This document shows positions 11,798-23,203 of a DNA stretch of 64,000 bases, piece by piece (positions within the stretch are counted from its first letter, which is position 1; each line of letters opens with the position of its first letter). The notes under the pieces were generated by a model, which was not told the origin of the DNA, searched no databases, and was given only the letters and a program-made list of their open reading frames with translations. Position numbers and translations under genes: made by a program. Origin of the DNA: Octopus vulgaris. Taxonomy: Eukaryota. The stretch spans positions 19,902,001-19,966,000 of the forward strand of contig OX597830.1 of the NCBI GenBank assembly GCA_951406725.2. The letters are read 5' to 3'.

Positions 11798-12032
11798 GGC
11801 GGCGAGCTGGCAGAAACGTTAGCACGCGGGACGAAATGCTTAGCGGTATTTCGTCTGCGTTACGTTGTGAGTTCAAATTCTGCCGAGGTCGACATTGCCT
11901 TTCATCCTATCGGGGTCGATAAATTAAGTACCAGTTACGCACTGGGGTCGATATAATCGACTTAATCCGTTTGTCTGTACTTGTTTGTCCCCTCTGTGTT
12001 TAGCCCCTTGTGGGTAGTAAAAGAAACAGGTA
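11798..12032 (+). mobile_element. SINE family A, near full length
   Basis: GGCGGCGAGCTGGCAGAAACGTTAGCAC (A-box), GAGTTCAAATTC (B-box), CTTTCATCCTATCGGGGTCGATAAATTAAGTACCAG. Confidence 0.9.
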
Positions 12033-12726
12033 TACACGCAGAGACGTATTTTCCAGCAACGTCTACACGCTCTGTCTGTCTGTCTGTCTATCTGTCTCTC
12101 ATTCTCTTTACTGCCTGAAATGGAAAAAAGATCTTGAAGACAAATTTCACCGCTTTGGCAAAATTCTTCATTCATAAACATTTACAAACATCACTGTATC
12201 GGCAAGTATTTGTAAATATTTATAATCACCTTCCTTTTTTTTTATATTTAGCTTTCTTTTAAACAGACAATATTATCAAGCTTTCTTTCAATAGACAATA
12301 TTTCAATTTTCTGACTTAAAAATTACTACTTATTTACTTATCTTATATTCTATTAACTTTGCAACTTTTTAAGCGGAAAAATCTTCCAGGACAGTCAGAC
12401 ATCCATAGAGATAAAGAAAAAATAATTTTGAGGTGCAAAAATCTTATTAACTTATCTTATATATTGTTATTAAAGTTTAACAGAAAAAAAAATCAGCGTT
12501 CATCGATTGAAAATGAAAATGTTGTTGAGAGAGAAAGTGAGAGAGAGAGAGAGAGAGAGGGAATAAAATAGAGAGAGAGTGACAGAAATGGAGAGTGAGA
12601 GAAAGGGAGAGAGTGAGTGAAAAATAAAGAGGGTGAGAGAGAGTGTGTGTGCGTCTGTAGATAGACACAGGGAGACTGAGAGAAGGAGAGAGAGGCAGCG
12701 TTCATCATTAAAGGGAAAAGGTTTTT

Positions 12727-12779
<53 letters not shown>

Positions 12780-12899
12780 AGCGCTGTTTGATGTCACTCC
12801 CTCTCTCATTGTTATTACCATTTTGTCTCTTCACTTTTTTTACTCTTACTTACACTGCTACTTTCTTATTGCGTGATTTTGGACAAACTTATTATTCCA

Positions 12900-13054
12900 C
12901 CGCTGCGTGGTAAGTAGCTTTCTTACCAACTATATGGTTCCGGGTTCAGTCCCACTGTGTAGCAGCTTGGGCAAGTATCTTCTACTATAGCCTCAGGTCG
13001 ACCAAAGCCTTGTGTGTGGATATGGTCGACGGAAACTAAAAGAAGACCGTCTTT

Positions 13055-13055
<1 letters not shown>
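12900..13055 (+). mobile_element. SINE family B, 5' half (host of the HHR array)
   Basis: GTGGTAAGTAGCTT...CCGGGTTCAGTCCCACTG...TTGGGCAAGTATCTTCTACTATAGCC. The 3' half resumes at about 14490. Confidence 0.88.
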
Positions 13056-13094
<39 letters not shown>

Positions 13095-13230
13095 GAGGGC
13101 ATTATACATACGTGCCAGAAGGCATTATACATACATGCCAAACGCTAAGAGGGACAATTAGTCATTTCTACCAAAAATATTACTAATCCCACCGAATGCA
13201 ATTTTTCAAAGTAAGACATTTAAAAAATAT

Positions 13231-13278
13231 AGACCTGTATCACAGTGATTTCATACTTACGTACTCATCAGCAGGCCT
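13231..13278 (-). ncRNA. Type I hammerhead ribozyme (array copy 1)
   Basis: AGGCCUG CUGAUGA GUAC-GUAA-GUAU GAAA UCAC-U-GUGA UA CAGGUCU. Helix I is 7 bp, the core is intact, and the triplet is AUA. Confidence 0.88.
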
Positions 13279-13710
13279 GAATGCATTATAAATAAACAAC
13301 GACCCTGCCCCGCTTAAGTCGATCATCTAACTGTTCAACATCAACGAAGCACATGGGTGAGTTTACATATATTACATCCGGTCAAATGGCAAACTTTTAC
13401 GAATTGCATTTCGGGAGAGGAAAAGTTTTTTCGGAATAAAAATTTAGCAATTAAGGACAACTACTTAATAAGGAAAACTTAACAAGAAATTGTCAGGTAG
13501 ATAGCGTAAAAACCTCATAAGAGAAAAAATTTCGAAAATAATTATTTCTTATTGAACATATTAATTTATATATAGAGGGCATTATACATACGTGCCAGAA
13601 GGCATTATACATACATGCCAAACGCTAAGAGGGACAATTAGTCATTTCTACCAAAAATATTACTAATCCCACCGAATGCAATTTTTCAAAGTAAGACATT
13701 TAAAAAATAT

Positions 13711-13758
13711 AGACCTGTATCACAGTGATTTCATACTTACGTACTCATCAGCAGGCCT
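13711..13758 (-). ncRNA. Type I hammerhead ribozyme (array copy 2)
   Basis: Identical to copy 1 and exactly 480 nt away. Confidence 0.88.
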
Positions 13759-14076
13759 GAATGCATTATAAATAAACAACGACCCTGCCCCGCTTAAGTC
13801 GATCATCTAACTGTTCAACATCAACGAAGCACATGGGTGAGTTTACATATATTACATCCGGTCAATTTCTTGTTAAGTTTTCCTTATTAAGTAGTTGTCC
13901 TTAATTGCTAAATTTTTATTCCGAAAAAACTTTTCCTCTCCCGAAATGCAATTCGTAAAAGTTTGCCATTTGACCGGATGTAATATATGTAAACTCACCC
14001 ATGTGCTTCGTTGATGTTGAACAGTTAGATGATCGACTTAAGCGGGGCAGGGTCGTTGTTTATTTATAATGCATTC

Positions 14077-14124
14077 AGGCCTGCTGATGAGTACGTAAGT
14101 ATGAAATCACTGTGATACAGGTCT
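14077..14124 (+). ncRNA. Type I hammerhead ribozyme (array copy 3, inverted arm)
   Basis: CTGATGA at 14084-14090 and GAAA at 14103-14106. Predicted cleavage 3' of 14117. Confidence 0.88.
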
Positions 14125-14383
14125 ATATTTTTTAAATGTCTTACTTTGAAAAATTGCATTCGGTGGGATTAGTAATATTTTGGTAGAAATGACTAATTGT
14201 CCCTCTTAGCGTTTGGCATGTATGTATAATGCCTTCTGGCACGTATGTATAATGCCCTCTATATATAAATTAATATGTTCAATAAGAAATAATTATTTTC
14301 GAAATTTTTTCTCTTATGAGGTTTTTACGCATATCTACCTGACAATTTCTTGTTAAGTTTTCCTTATTAAGTAGTTGTCCTTA

Positions 14384-14462
<79 letters not shown>

Positions 14463-14489
14463 TGTATATATAAATGTACGTATGTATGT

Positions 14490-14687
14490 ATGTATGCATG
14501 TATATGTTTGTGTGTCTGTGATTGTCCCCCACCATCGCTTGACAACCAATGTTGGTGTGTTTACGTCCCCGTAACGTATCGCTTCGGCCAAAGAACCGAT
14601 AGAATAAGTACTAGGCTTACAAGGAATAAGTCCTGGTGTCGATTTGGTCGACTATAGGCGGTGCTCCAGCATGGCCGCAGTCAAATA
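14490..14687 (+). mobile_element. SINE family B, 3' half
   Basis: CGCTTGACAACC...GTCCCCGTAAC...GATAGAATAAGTACTAGGCTTAC...GGCGGTGCTCCAGCATGGCCGCAGTC. Confidence 0.88.
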
Positions 14688-14762
<75 letters not shown>

Positions 14763-14894
14763 TATATAAATATATATATAAGCTTTAAGCTTATACAAAA
14801 ATACATTACATATCATTTACATACATGTAAATCACGGCGCCGTGATAAAAAAAACCATTCGCACCGAAAGCATGACCTCGTGAGTACCGCTGGC

Positions 14895-15070
14895 GATTTT
14901 TTTCCTCTGTCTTCCCTTCTCGGGATCTTTCCTTCTCCTTTGTTTCCGACGAAGAGCTCCGCTCGAAACGTTAAACCCTCCTTCTTCTCTTCTTTCCTTA
15001 GCGTCCAATAATACTTTATTTGTTCCACGTCCACGCGTTGTTGTGTTTTTTTGTGTTTTCTTATTTGGAT

Positions 15071-15075
<5 letters not shown>
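14895..15075 (+). mobile_element. PLE pseudo-LTR-like repeat (family G)
   Basis: Homologous to 38715-38900 (-). Flanked by (TA)n and contains a minimal HHR. Confidence 0.65.
14942..14976 (+). ncRNA. Minimal hammerhead ribozyme variant
   Basis: GUUU CCGACGA A GAGC-UCC-GCUC GAAA CG UU AAAC. Helix III is the palindrome AACGUU, and the core has U4C plus an extra A. Confidence 0.65.
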
Positions 15076-15134
<59 letters not shown>

Positions 15135-15591
15135 CTTAAAATTATAAATTCATCTGATCCCAAAACATACCACTACAAGTGAAAGCGTCTATTAGAAGAG
15201 GATCAGAGAAACTGTAAACCAAATACCCCTTTTTTTTTACTATTTTCATTTCACTATTATTATAATTTTTATTATTATTATTTTCAGTATGACTTGTCGA
15301 TCACCACTAAAATTAATGAACTTTGCAGATTCAAACAAATTGATATACAGGTTCAATTTTATTGACTGCTATGAACATTCAAACTTACACCTTTTTTGAA
15401 CATTTTCATTTATCAACATTGAAACATTTTAATTTGTCAACATTGAAACTTTTAAAGATGTTTTTCTAAATAACTGTTGAAACTAAATTGGTATATATGT
15501 AACTAAAGGTATTTTAAACATTTACGAGTTTTTGAAATTTAGGTGCATTTTCAACAACACATTTTCCATTATTTTTTCCTGCGTGGAACCC

Positions 15592-15697
<106 letters not shown>

Positions 15698-15743
15698 TAT
15701 ATAAATATATATACATATATACATACATAAATACATACATACA

Positions 15744-15777
<34 letters not shown>

Positions 15778-16582
15778 CACGTGTTTATATATGTAATTAT
15801 TCAATAGTGATATAACTCTTAGACATAGCTTATTTATTTTAAAGACGTTTTTATCAAAGAACGGAGTGATGGAAGTCGTTAGGAAATTCATAATGTGTAG
15901 GAAAAGAACAAAAGGAGTCGATAGTGCTCCACCTACCTTTTGGAAACGATGGTGGGTGGAGCAGATTTTAAAGAACCACTTACAAAATAAGGACTAGCGA
16001 ATACATTAAAAATTTAAAATAAATTAAAAAAAAAAAAAACAGGGGTTGGTAAAGCCCTGAAATAAATAGGAAAGATCGATGAAAAAGGAAGTGTTTGGAC
16101 TGCGTATGCGAACGTTCTAATGGCGGTTGGTAGATGACAAAAGGAGATAAGTTATGAAAATTTAGATATCACAGCTGAAGCTCAAATAAAATTTTTTTAA
16201 ATGAATAATGGAAGATTACAGGATGTTAAGAGATGAACGGGAAAATTAAAAGAAAACAGTAAACGAAATAAGGAAATGTTAATTAAAGTTAAAATAGATT
16301 ATAGTGAGATGATGTAATTGCAGGAGGATGTGGCTGGTTTGTGTTGTTATTAAAAGCTAATCCTTTGGAAGTTAGTGAGGTTGAAAAATAGACGATGGCA
16401 TAGGATAACGTTTCTCAACCATTTATTACCTTTCGACTCCTTCGATTCCTATTTTACCCGGGTGCCTTCCACCCCACCACCACCACCACCACCACCACCA
16501 CCTCCCATAGTTGTTCTATGTTTAAAAAATCCTATTACATTTTTACAATTAGATGTTATTGAGAATTGTATAAAAATATTAA

Positions 16583-17160
16583 ACGAAATGCTTAGCGGTA
16601 TTTCGCCTGCCGCTACGTTCTGAGTTCAAATTCCTCCGAGGTCGACTGAGCCGTTCATCCTTTCGGGGTCGATAAATTAAGTACCAGTTACGCACTGGGG
16701 TCGATATAATCGACTTAATCCGTTTGTCTGTCCTTGTTTGCCCTCTCTGTGTTTAGCCCCTTGTGGGTAATAAAGAAATAGAAATAGGTATTTCGTCTGC
16801 CGCTACGTTCTGGGTTCAAATTCCACCGAGGTCGACTTTGCCTTTCATCCTTTCGGGGTCGATTAAATAAGTACCAGTTACGCACTGGGGTCGATATAAT
16901 CGACTTAATCCGTTTGCCTGTCCTTGTTTGTCCTCTCAGTGTTTAGCCCCTTGTGGGTAGTAAAGAAATAGGTATTTCGTCTGCCGTTACGTTCTGGGTT
17001 CAAATTCCGCCGAGGTCGATTTTGCCTTTCATCCTTTCGGGGTCGATTAAATAAGTACCAATTACGCACTGAGGTCGATATAATCGACTTAATCCGTTTG
17101 TCTGTCCTTGTTTGTCCTCTTTGTGTTTAGCCCCTTGTGGGCAGTAAAGAAATAAGAAAT
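16583..17160 (+). mobile_element. SINE family A, head-to-tail trimer
   Basis: Units start GGTATTTCG(T/C)CTGCC at 16597, 16787 and 16971. Confidence 0.92.
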
Positions 17161-17537
17161 GTAACCAATTTACTGCAAATAAATTCTAACAACAAAATCT
17201 TATATGGCCCCTCAAGGGCCGCATGGGCCCTGGTTGAGAACCACCATAGGCGATCGGTGTGGATTGTGTAAGTAAAGTAAACTAATATAGAAATATGAAA
17301 TTTTGTAGTTGACCCTTTTCCTGTCCTGTGTATCAAATGTGACACACAGAACATTTTTCCCTGGCGTCCATGCGTCATGTATGATACACATCGCCAATGT
17401 CTTTTTTGAACAACCAAAGTAACTTGGGATGTCTACAAGGAAAGCTTCATTTAATTCAGAACGAATGAAACAAGGGCGAACTAAAAGTCTAATGACAAGC
17501 AAGGGCGTTTTGGACAAACTTATGAAAATATTTTGGA

Positions 17538-17927
17538 CAGGAGTGGCTGTGTGGTAAGTAGCTTGATTACCAACCGCATGGGCAAGTGTCTTCTACTATA
17601 GCCTCGGGCCGACCAAAGCCCTGTGAGTGGATTTGGTAGACGGAAACTGAAAGAAGCCCGTCGTATATATGTATGTATTTATATATATATATGTGTGTGT
17701 ATGTGTGTGTGTAGGTTTGTGTGTCTGTGTTTGTCCCCCTAACATCGCTTGACAACCGATGCTGATGTGTTTACCTCCCCGTAACTTAGCGGTTCGGCAA
17801 AAGAGAACGATAGAATAAGTACTAGGCTTATAAAGAATAAGTCCTGGGGTCGATATGCTCGACTAAAAGGCGGTGCTCCAGCATGGCCACAGTCGAATGA
17901 CTGAAACAAGTAAAAGAGTAAAAGAGG
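17538..17927 (+). mobile_element. SINE family B, near full length
   Basis: CAGGAGTGGCTGTGTGGTAAGTAGCTTG head (B-box region deleted), internal TA/TG tract, and a complete tail ending GTAAAAGAGTAAAAGAG. Confidence 0.9.
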
Positions 17928-18208
17928 CAAAAATTAATACATAGGGGTACGATATTAATGAGAAAAATTGGAATCATTTCGTTTTTATATTTGGTTTGCA
18001 AGATTCTTGAAGTGAAATGTTGTGTCGAAAAAATCTTCTTGTTTCTTGGGAGGGTCACTAATACTAATAACACATGCACTGGTTCAATATCACTTCTTTC
18101 TTGTTAGCCAATTGGTTAAATATACAACAAACTAATCGATCGTTTGTTTAACGTGCTGGTTAAACAATCAATTGGTAATTGGTTTGTCAAGGTCCTTTCG
18201 TCGATATT

Positions 18209-18248
<40 letters not shown>

Positions 18249-18266
18249 TACTACTACTATTATTAT

Positions 18267-18608
18267 TATCATTCAGTAGTTTTATTTTTATAGCGTGCTT
18301 TCACTTCACTACCGAGCGCAGCTCTGTGTGCCTTAGGCATGTGCTGTGATTTGTTGTGATGCTCTGATGGTTATTGTATGGAAAGTGTTCTGCGTAGGAT
18401 GTGTGCAGTGCCTAGTAGTGCAATTTTCTGTATGTTATAAGTGTTTGTAAATCCTGGTGTTTTTGTTATGTATTTGTCTGAATATTTTTTTATCATGCCT
18501 AATGCACCTACTATGATAGGAATTGTTTGTTTTTAGATTCCACATTCTGGTTACCTCTACTTCCAGGTCTTTGTATTTTGAAAGTTTCTCCATTTCTTTT
18601 AGAGACAC
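18267..18608 (-). mobile_element. R4/Dong-like non-LTR retrotransposon 3' fragment
   Basis: Reads VSLKEMEKLSKYKDLEVEVTRMWNLKT, then after a frameshift IPIIVGALGMIKK...IQKIALLGTAHILRRTLS. (TAA)n lies on both sides. Confidence 0.9.
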
Positions 18609-18681
<73 letters not shown>

Positions 18682-18829
18682 GGAGTAATGACTCTTCTAA
18701 GACACATCAAGGTTATAATTATTCACGTGTAATTTATAACATTCATAGGTAATTGTCAATGAAAAAGTAACTAAGATAATTGATGAAGAGGCAAATAAGT
18801 TCTGGCTTGCAAAGGGGCCTTTGTCTTTT

Positions 18830-19382
18830 AGCGCTTGCTTGTTTCAGTCATGCTGGGGCGCCGCCTTGAGGGGTTTCAGTTGAACATATAGACCCTAATA
18901 TTCGTTTTAAAAGTATGGTTTTCGTTTTATCGGTGTCTTATGTCACACTGCTAAGTTACGGGTAAGTTTTTTAAAAAATCGGTTATCAAGCAGTAAGGGT
19001 GAGGAACAGATACAAAAACACGCACACACATATATGTATATGTAGACACGTGTGTGTGTGTGTGTAAATGTATATACTCACACACACATACATATATGCG
19101 TGTGTGTATATATATATGTGTGTGTGTGTATGCATATGTATGCATGTATATATGTGTGTATGTATGTATGTATGTATGTATGTATGTATGTATGTATGTA
19201 TGTATGTATGAATGTAACGAGCCTGCACACTTTTTTCCGCGAAGTAAATTTACTCACAAGGCATTGACTGGCCCAGGGTTTATAGTAGAAGATATTTGCC
19301 AAAAATATCGCACAGTGGGACAGAACCCAAAACCACCTGGTTACAAAGCGAGCTTCTTAAACACAGAGCTACGGTCGCACCT
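18830..19382 (-). mobile_element. SINE family B (diverged)
   Basis: CTTGTTTCAGTCATGCTGGGGCGCCGCC...CTAAGTTACGGG...ACTCACAAGGCATTG...TATAGTAGAAGA...CAGTGGGACAGAACCC. Confidence 0.75.
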
Positions 19383-20084
19383 ATGATTATATTGTAACGG
19401 GCGGGAAAAGCGCTCTTAGAAGTGAGATGTAATAATTGAAATATGGCGGCCAATCTAAAATGCCTGTGATGTTTTATTTTGAGGAAGAGTAAAGCAATAT
19501 TTAAATGAAGTAACAGAGTAGATATTAAATGAATATTAATATAGAGAATTACGTTAATATTAAATGGTTATGGCTATGAAATAAAATGAAGTGGGAGTAG
19601 AAAAAATACATGTTAAAACGATCTAGACGACTAATAATGAATATTTCATTAATATTAAATGAGGATGGACTTGAAGCTATGTCTGTGTATAGAGTAAGGT
19701 GGGAGTTAAAACAATTTAAAATGATCAAAAGAACCGAAAAACAAATGGGATATGACGAAGACTGAGTGAATGTATGGTAGGTGTTAAAATGGCCGTTAAA
19801 GGAATTAGTAAACAGTGGTATATAGATTAAAGGAAAGTCTGCATATTGTAAGCACTATGGATGTGAACGTAAATATGGATGATGAGCAAAAGTGAGTGAT
19901 CCAGGGAGAAATGAGATTAAGTTATGTAAGGATGAAATTCTAAGGTAAACGAAGACAGTTTTAGAGGATGATAAATTATGACAGAAGATGTAATAAGATG
20001 AATAAAGAGTGTTTAAAGTTCATGGCTTTACAGCGCCTAGAAAAATGGGAGCGAATGTGGAACTGACTAGTTTTAGGAATCATG

Positions 20085-20250
20085 AGGCTTTTCGTCTGTC
20101 TTCATGTTCTGAGTTCAAATTCCACAGAGGTCGATTTTGTGTCTCATCCTTTCGGAGTCGATAAAATAGATACCAGTTGGGCACTGGGGTCGATGTAATT
20201 AACTTATCTCCGCTCCGAAATTGCTGGCCTAGCACCAAACTTTGAAACCA
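20085..20250 (+). mobile_element. SINE family A (diverged)
   Basis: GTTCTGAGTTCAAATTCC...TCATCCTTTCGGAGTCGATAAA...ACTGGGGTCGATGTAAT. Confidence 0.8.
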
Positions 20251-20360
20251 ATGTAAGATAAGGGCCAAAGGTGCGGAAACAAATGAAAAATTATGAAATG
20301 AGAAAATTTGAGAAAACAAATAATCAGACGATTTTTATGGCGTTTGAAACTTCAGTGGTA

Positions 20361-20586
20361 TGGCGCAGGCATGGATGTGTGGTTAAGAAACTGGGCTGGA
20401 AGTCACACGGGGTTTGGGTTCAGTCCCACTGCGTTTCACCTTGGGGCAAGTTTCTCCTGCTATAGTTCCGGACTTTGTAAATGAATTTGTGAATGAATCT
20501 GGTAGACGGCAACTGTGTGCGATCCCTTCATGTATATTATACTATTACACACACACACGCACACACACACACACACACACACTATG

Positions 20587-20645
<59 letters not shown>

Positions 20646-20703
20646 AAATATATATATATGCATATATATATAAATACATATATATATATACACACACATA
20701 TAC

Positions 20704-20757
<54 letters not shown>

Positions 20758-20956
20758 CTATGGGCTCCGTCTGGGCAGTCATCTAAAAGTTTTTGTGCAT
20801 CTTGATGCTGACATAAGTTCCTTGTTTTTCCTGATGAGAAGGCGGCATAATGCACCCCTTATTCCTTCGAAATTAGGAATATGCAGCCTTCGAAACATAT
20901 GTCGAAAATAAAGGAATTTTGTTAATTCGTCGTTCAACTCCATTCTTTCATTTATT

Positions 20957-20997
<41 letters not shown>

Positions 20998-21013
20998 GCA
21001 TACATAAATATAT

Positions 21014-21074
<61 letters not shown>

Positions 21075-21250
21075 AATTCAAATTACGATGAAAGTAAACA
21101 GACAAACGAAGTTTGCTTTTGAAGCGTTGAGATGTCTTAGAAAGTTAAAGAAGTGATTTTTTAAAATAATTCTCAAACGCAGAATAATACTAATAATATA
21201 GCCTGAACAGGATAAACTACCCTTATTTTGCAGAAAAACGTGTTGGCGGC

Positions 21251-21297
<47 letters not shown>

Positions 21298-21545
21298 GTA
21301 TATGTATATATGTGTGCTTTACTTTGGTGCTTATGTTTGTCCCCACCGCCTGACAATCGGTGGTTGTTGTGTTTACGTCTGCGTAACTTAGAAGTTCAGC
21401 AGAAAACAAAAAAACAACAAAAAAAATCGACAGAATAAGAACCAAACATAAAAAACCACTGTCGTCAATTCGACTAAACCCTTTCGGGTGGTACTGCAGC
21501 ATGGCCGCAGTATAACGCCTGAAGCAAGTAGACGGTAAACGATAA
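20361..21545 (+). mobile_element. SINE family B split by microsatellite expansions and nested insertions
   Basis: Head at 20361-20535 and tail at 21310-21545. Unique inserts sit inside the internal (TA)n. Confidence 0.7.
20815..20918 (+). ncRNA. Type I hammerhead ribozyme with extended helix II
   Basis: UUUUC CUGAUGA GAAGGC...GCCUUC GAAA CAUAUG UC GAAAA. Triplet GUC, cleavage 3' of 20903. Helix I continues as UUCCUU/AAGGAA beyond an internal loop. Confidence 0.9.
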
Positions 21546-21618
21546 AGGGTCTCTTTCTGATTGCAGAGTCAAGATTTCATCTATAATAAATAGCATTTCC
21601 AAACTCTCCATCGTATTA

Positions 21619-21770
21619 TTTTCTACTCTAGACACAAGGCCCGAAATTTGGGGGGAGGGGGCAGTCGATTATATCGACCCCAGTATGCAACTGGTACTTA
21701 ATTTATCGAGCACAAAAGGATGAAAGGCAAAGTCGACCTCGGCGGAATTTGAACTCAGAACGTAAAGACA
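21619..21770 (-). mobile_element. SINE family A fragment
   Basis: GTCGATTATATCGACCCCAGTATGCAACTGGTACTTAA...GATGAAAGGCAAAGTCGACCTCGGCGGAATTTGAACTCAG. Confidence 0.85.
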
Positions 21771-21897
21771 ATGTTTCATATCCACCTATTTTCAGTTTCA
21801 TTCATTCTCAAGTGCTTGTACATTGCTTCATTATTGCAATCTTCAATCCCCCACATGCCCGACCGTCTTACTTCTAATAGTAGCGGTTATTATTATT

Positions 21898-22414
21898 ATG
21901 CATCAAAGTGACACTGGGGTAAAATATACGGAGCCTAGTATACCCATCATGTCTACCCGTCTGATAAGGGTACACCAGGCACATGCATCACAACTATATG
22001 TGCGCGACATGGTGATCCCATATCAAGACAAACAGCACATGACTTTGGAGGTGGGACCCTGTTCGAATTTTCTTCTGGTCGAGTAATCCATCCTGCTCAG
22101 AAGGTCCCTGAATAAGGGTTGTTTAAGGATGTTGAACGAAACACCCATGTTTCCAGAGGTGAATTATTCAAACCCCAAAGAATCCTTCTCAACACATGGC
22201 TATGATGCTCCCCCACTACTTCTGCTCGTGATCAGAAATGCATATATCATCAGCCACTAAGATACATGCTCAACTGGTTATGGTCAAACAACTGACAAGC
22301 AAATATGTGGTATTGAGCAGAATATTTGCTGTAGCCCATCTTTTATATCAAGACAAAGCAATGTACATGATAACACTTCCAATCAGTTAAGATCAGAAGC
22401 CACGAGAGTCGGGG

Positions 22415-22415
<1 letters not shown>
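21898..22415 (-). mobile_element. Dispersed repeat family D, (TAA)n-associated
   Basis: Reverse complement of 43725-44030, with extra 5' sequence. Bounded by TTA repeats. Confidence 0.8.
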
Positions 22416-22490
<75 letters not shown>

Positions 22491-22571
22491 ATTATTATTA
22501 TCATTATTATTATTATTATCATCATCATTATTATTATTATCATTATTATTATTATCATTATTATTATTATT

Positions 22572-23203
22572 AACTTTTATTCTGCATGTTTGTTACAATC
22601 ACTCGGCAAGACACATCCAGTGTCCTAGGGTGAGTGAAGGACAAGAGATGTTACAGTATGAGTGAAAACTTGGGAAGAGGAAGTGACAGTGGCAGTAGCA
22701 AAATATCTTCATGTAATACAACACAGACATTTAAACTGATAGGGTTTTTCTAATGATGTGGGTAGTACTTCTCAGTACAATCTTTTGGGTTGCTCTGAGA
22801 CATGGTTCTCCTGGGATATCATCTAGACGTTTCTGACATCCTTTCTTATCATACCTAGGTTATCTACAATAACAGGAACAGTTCGCGCTTTAAGATGCCA
22901 CATCTTTTGCATTTCGATTTCCAGGTCCATATATTTATTTAATTTGTCAAATTCCTTTACAGATATATCTTTATCAGTGGTAACACTTACATCTATTAGT
23001 CTACATGTATTTTCTTCACTGTCTTTAATGACTATATCTGGTCGATTAGCTTGGATCGTTCTGTCGGTGTTGATTGCAAAATCTCAGAGAATAGAGACAT
23101 TTTTCACCTTCAATGACAGGTTCAGGATGATGTTCATACCGGTAAGCAGGAGTGTTGGTTTTGTACTGTTTATATATTTTCCAATGTAAATACTGTCTTA
23201 CCC
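22572..23203 (-). mobile_element. R4/Dong-like non-LTR retrotransposon 3' fragment
   Basis: Hand translation with a frameshift: HWKIYKQY...YEHHPEPVIE, then DFAINTDRTIQANRPDIVIKD...LIDVSVTTD...KEFDKLNKYMDLEIEMQKMWHLKARTVPVIV...HIIRKTLSV*. Ends in a (TAA)n tail. Confidence 0.9.

Larger units (their letters stand above)
13085..14386. mobile_element. Young 480-bp-unit HHR-bearing tandem and inverted array (retrozyme or non-autonomous Penelope-like element)
   Basis: 13085-13564 is repeated at 13565-13865 (partial, apparently identical). An inverted 480+43-bp copy follows at 13863-14386. The array is inserted in (TA)n, and each unit carries an HHR. Confidence 0.88.
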
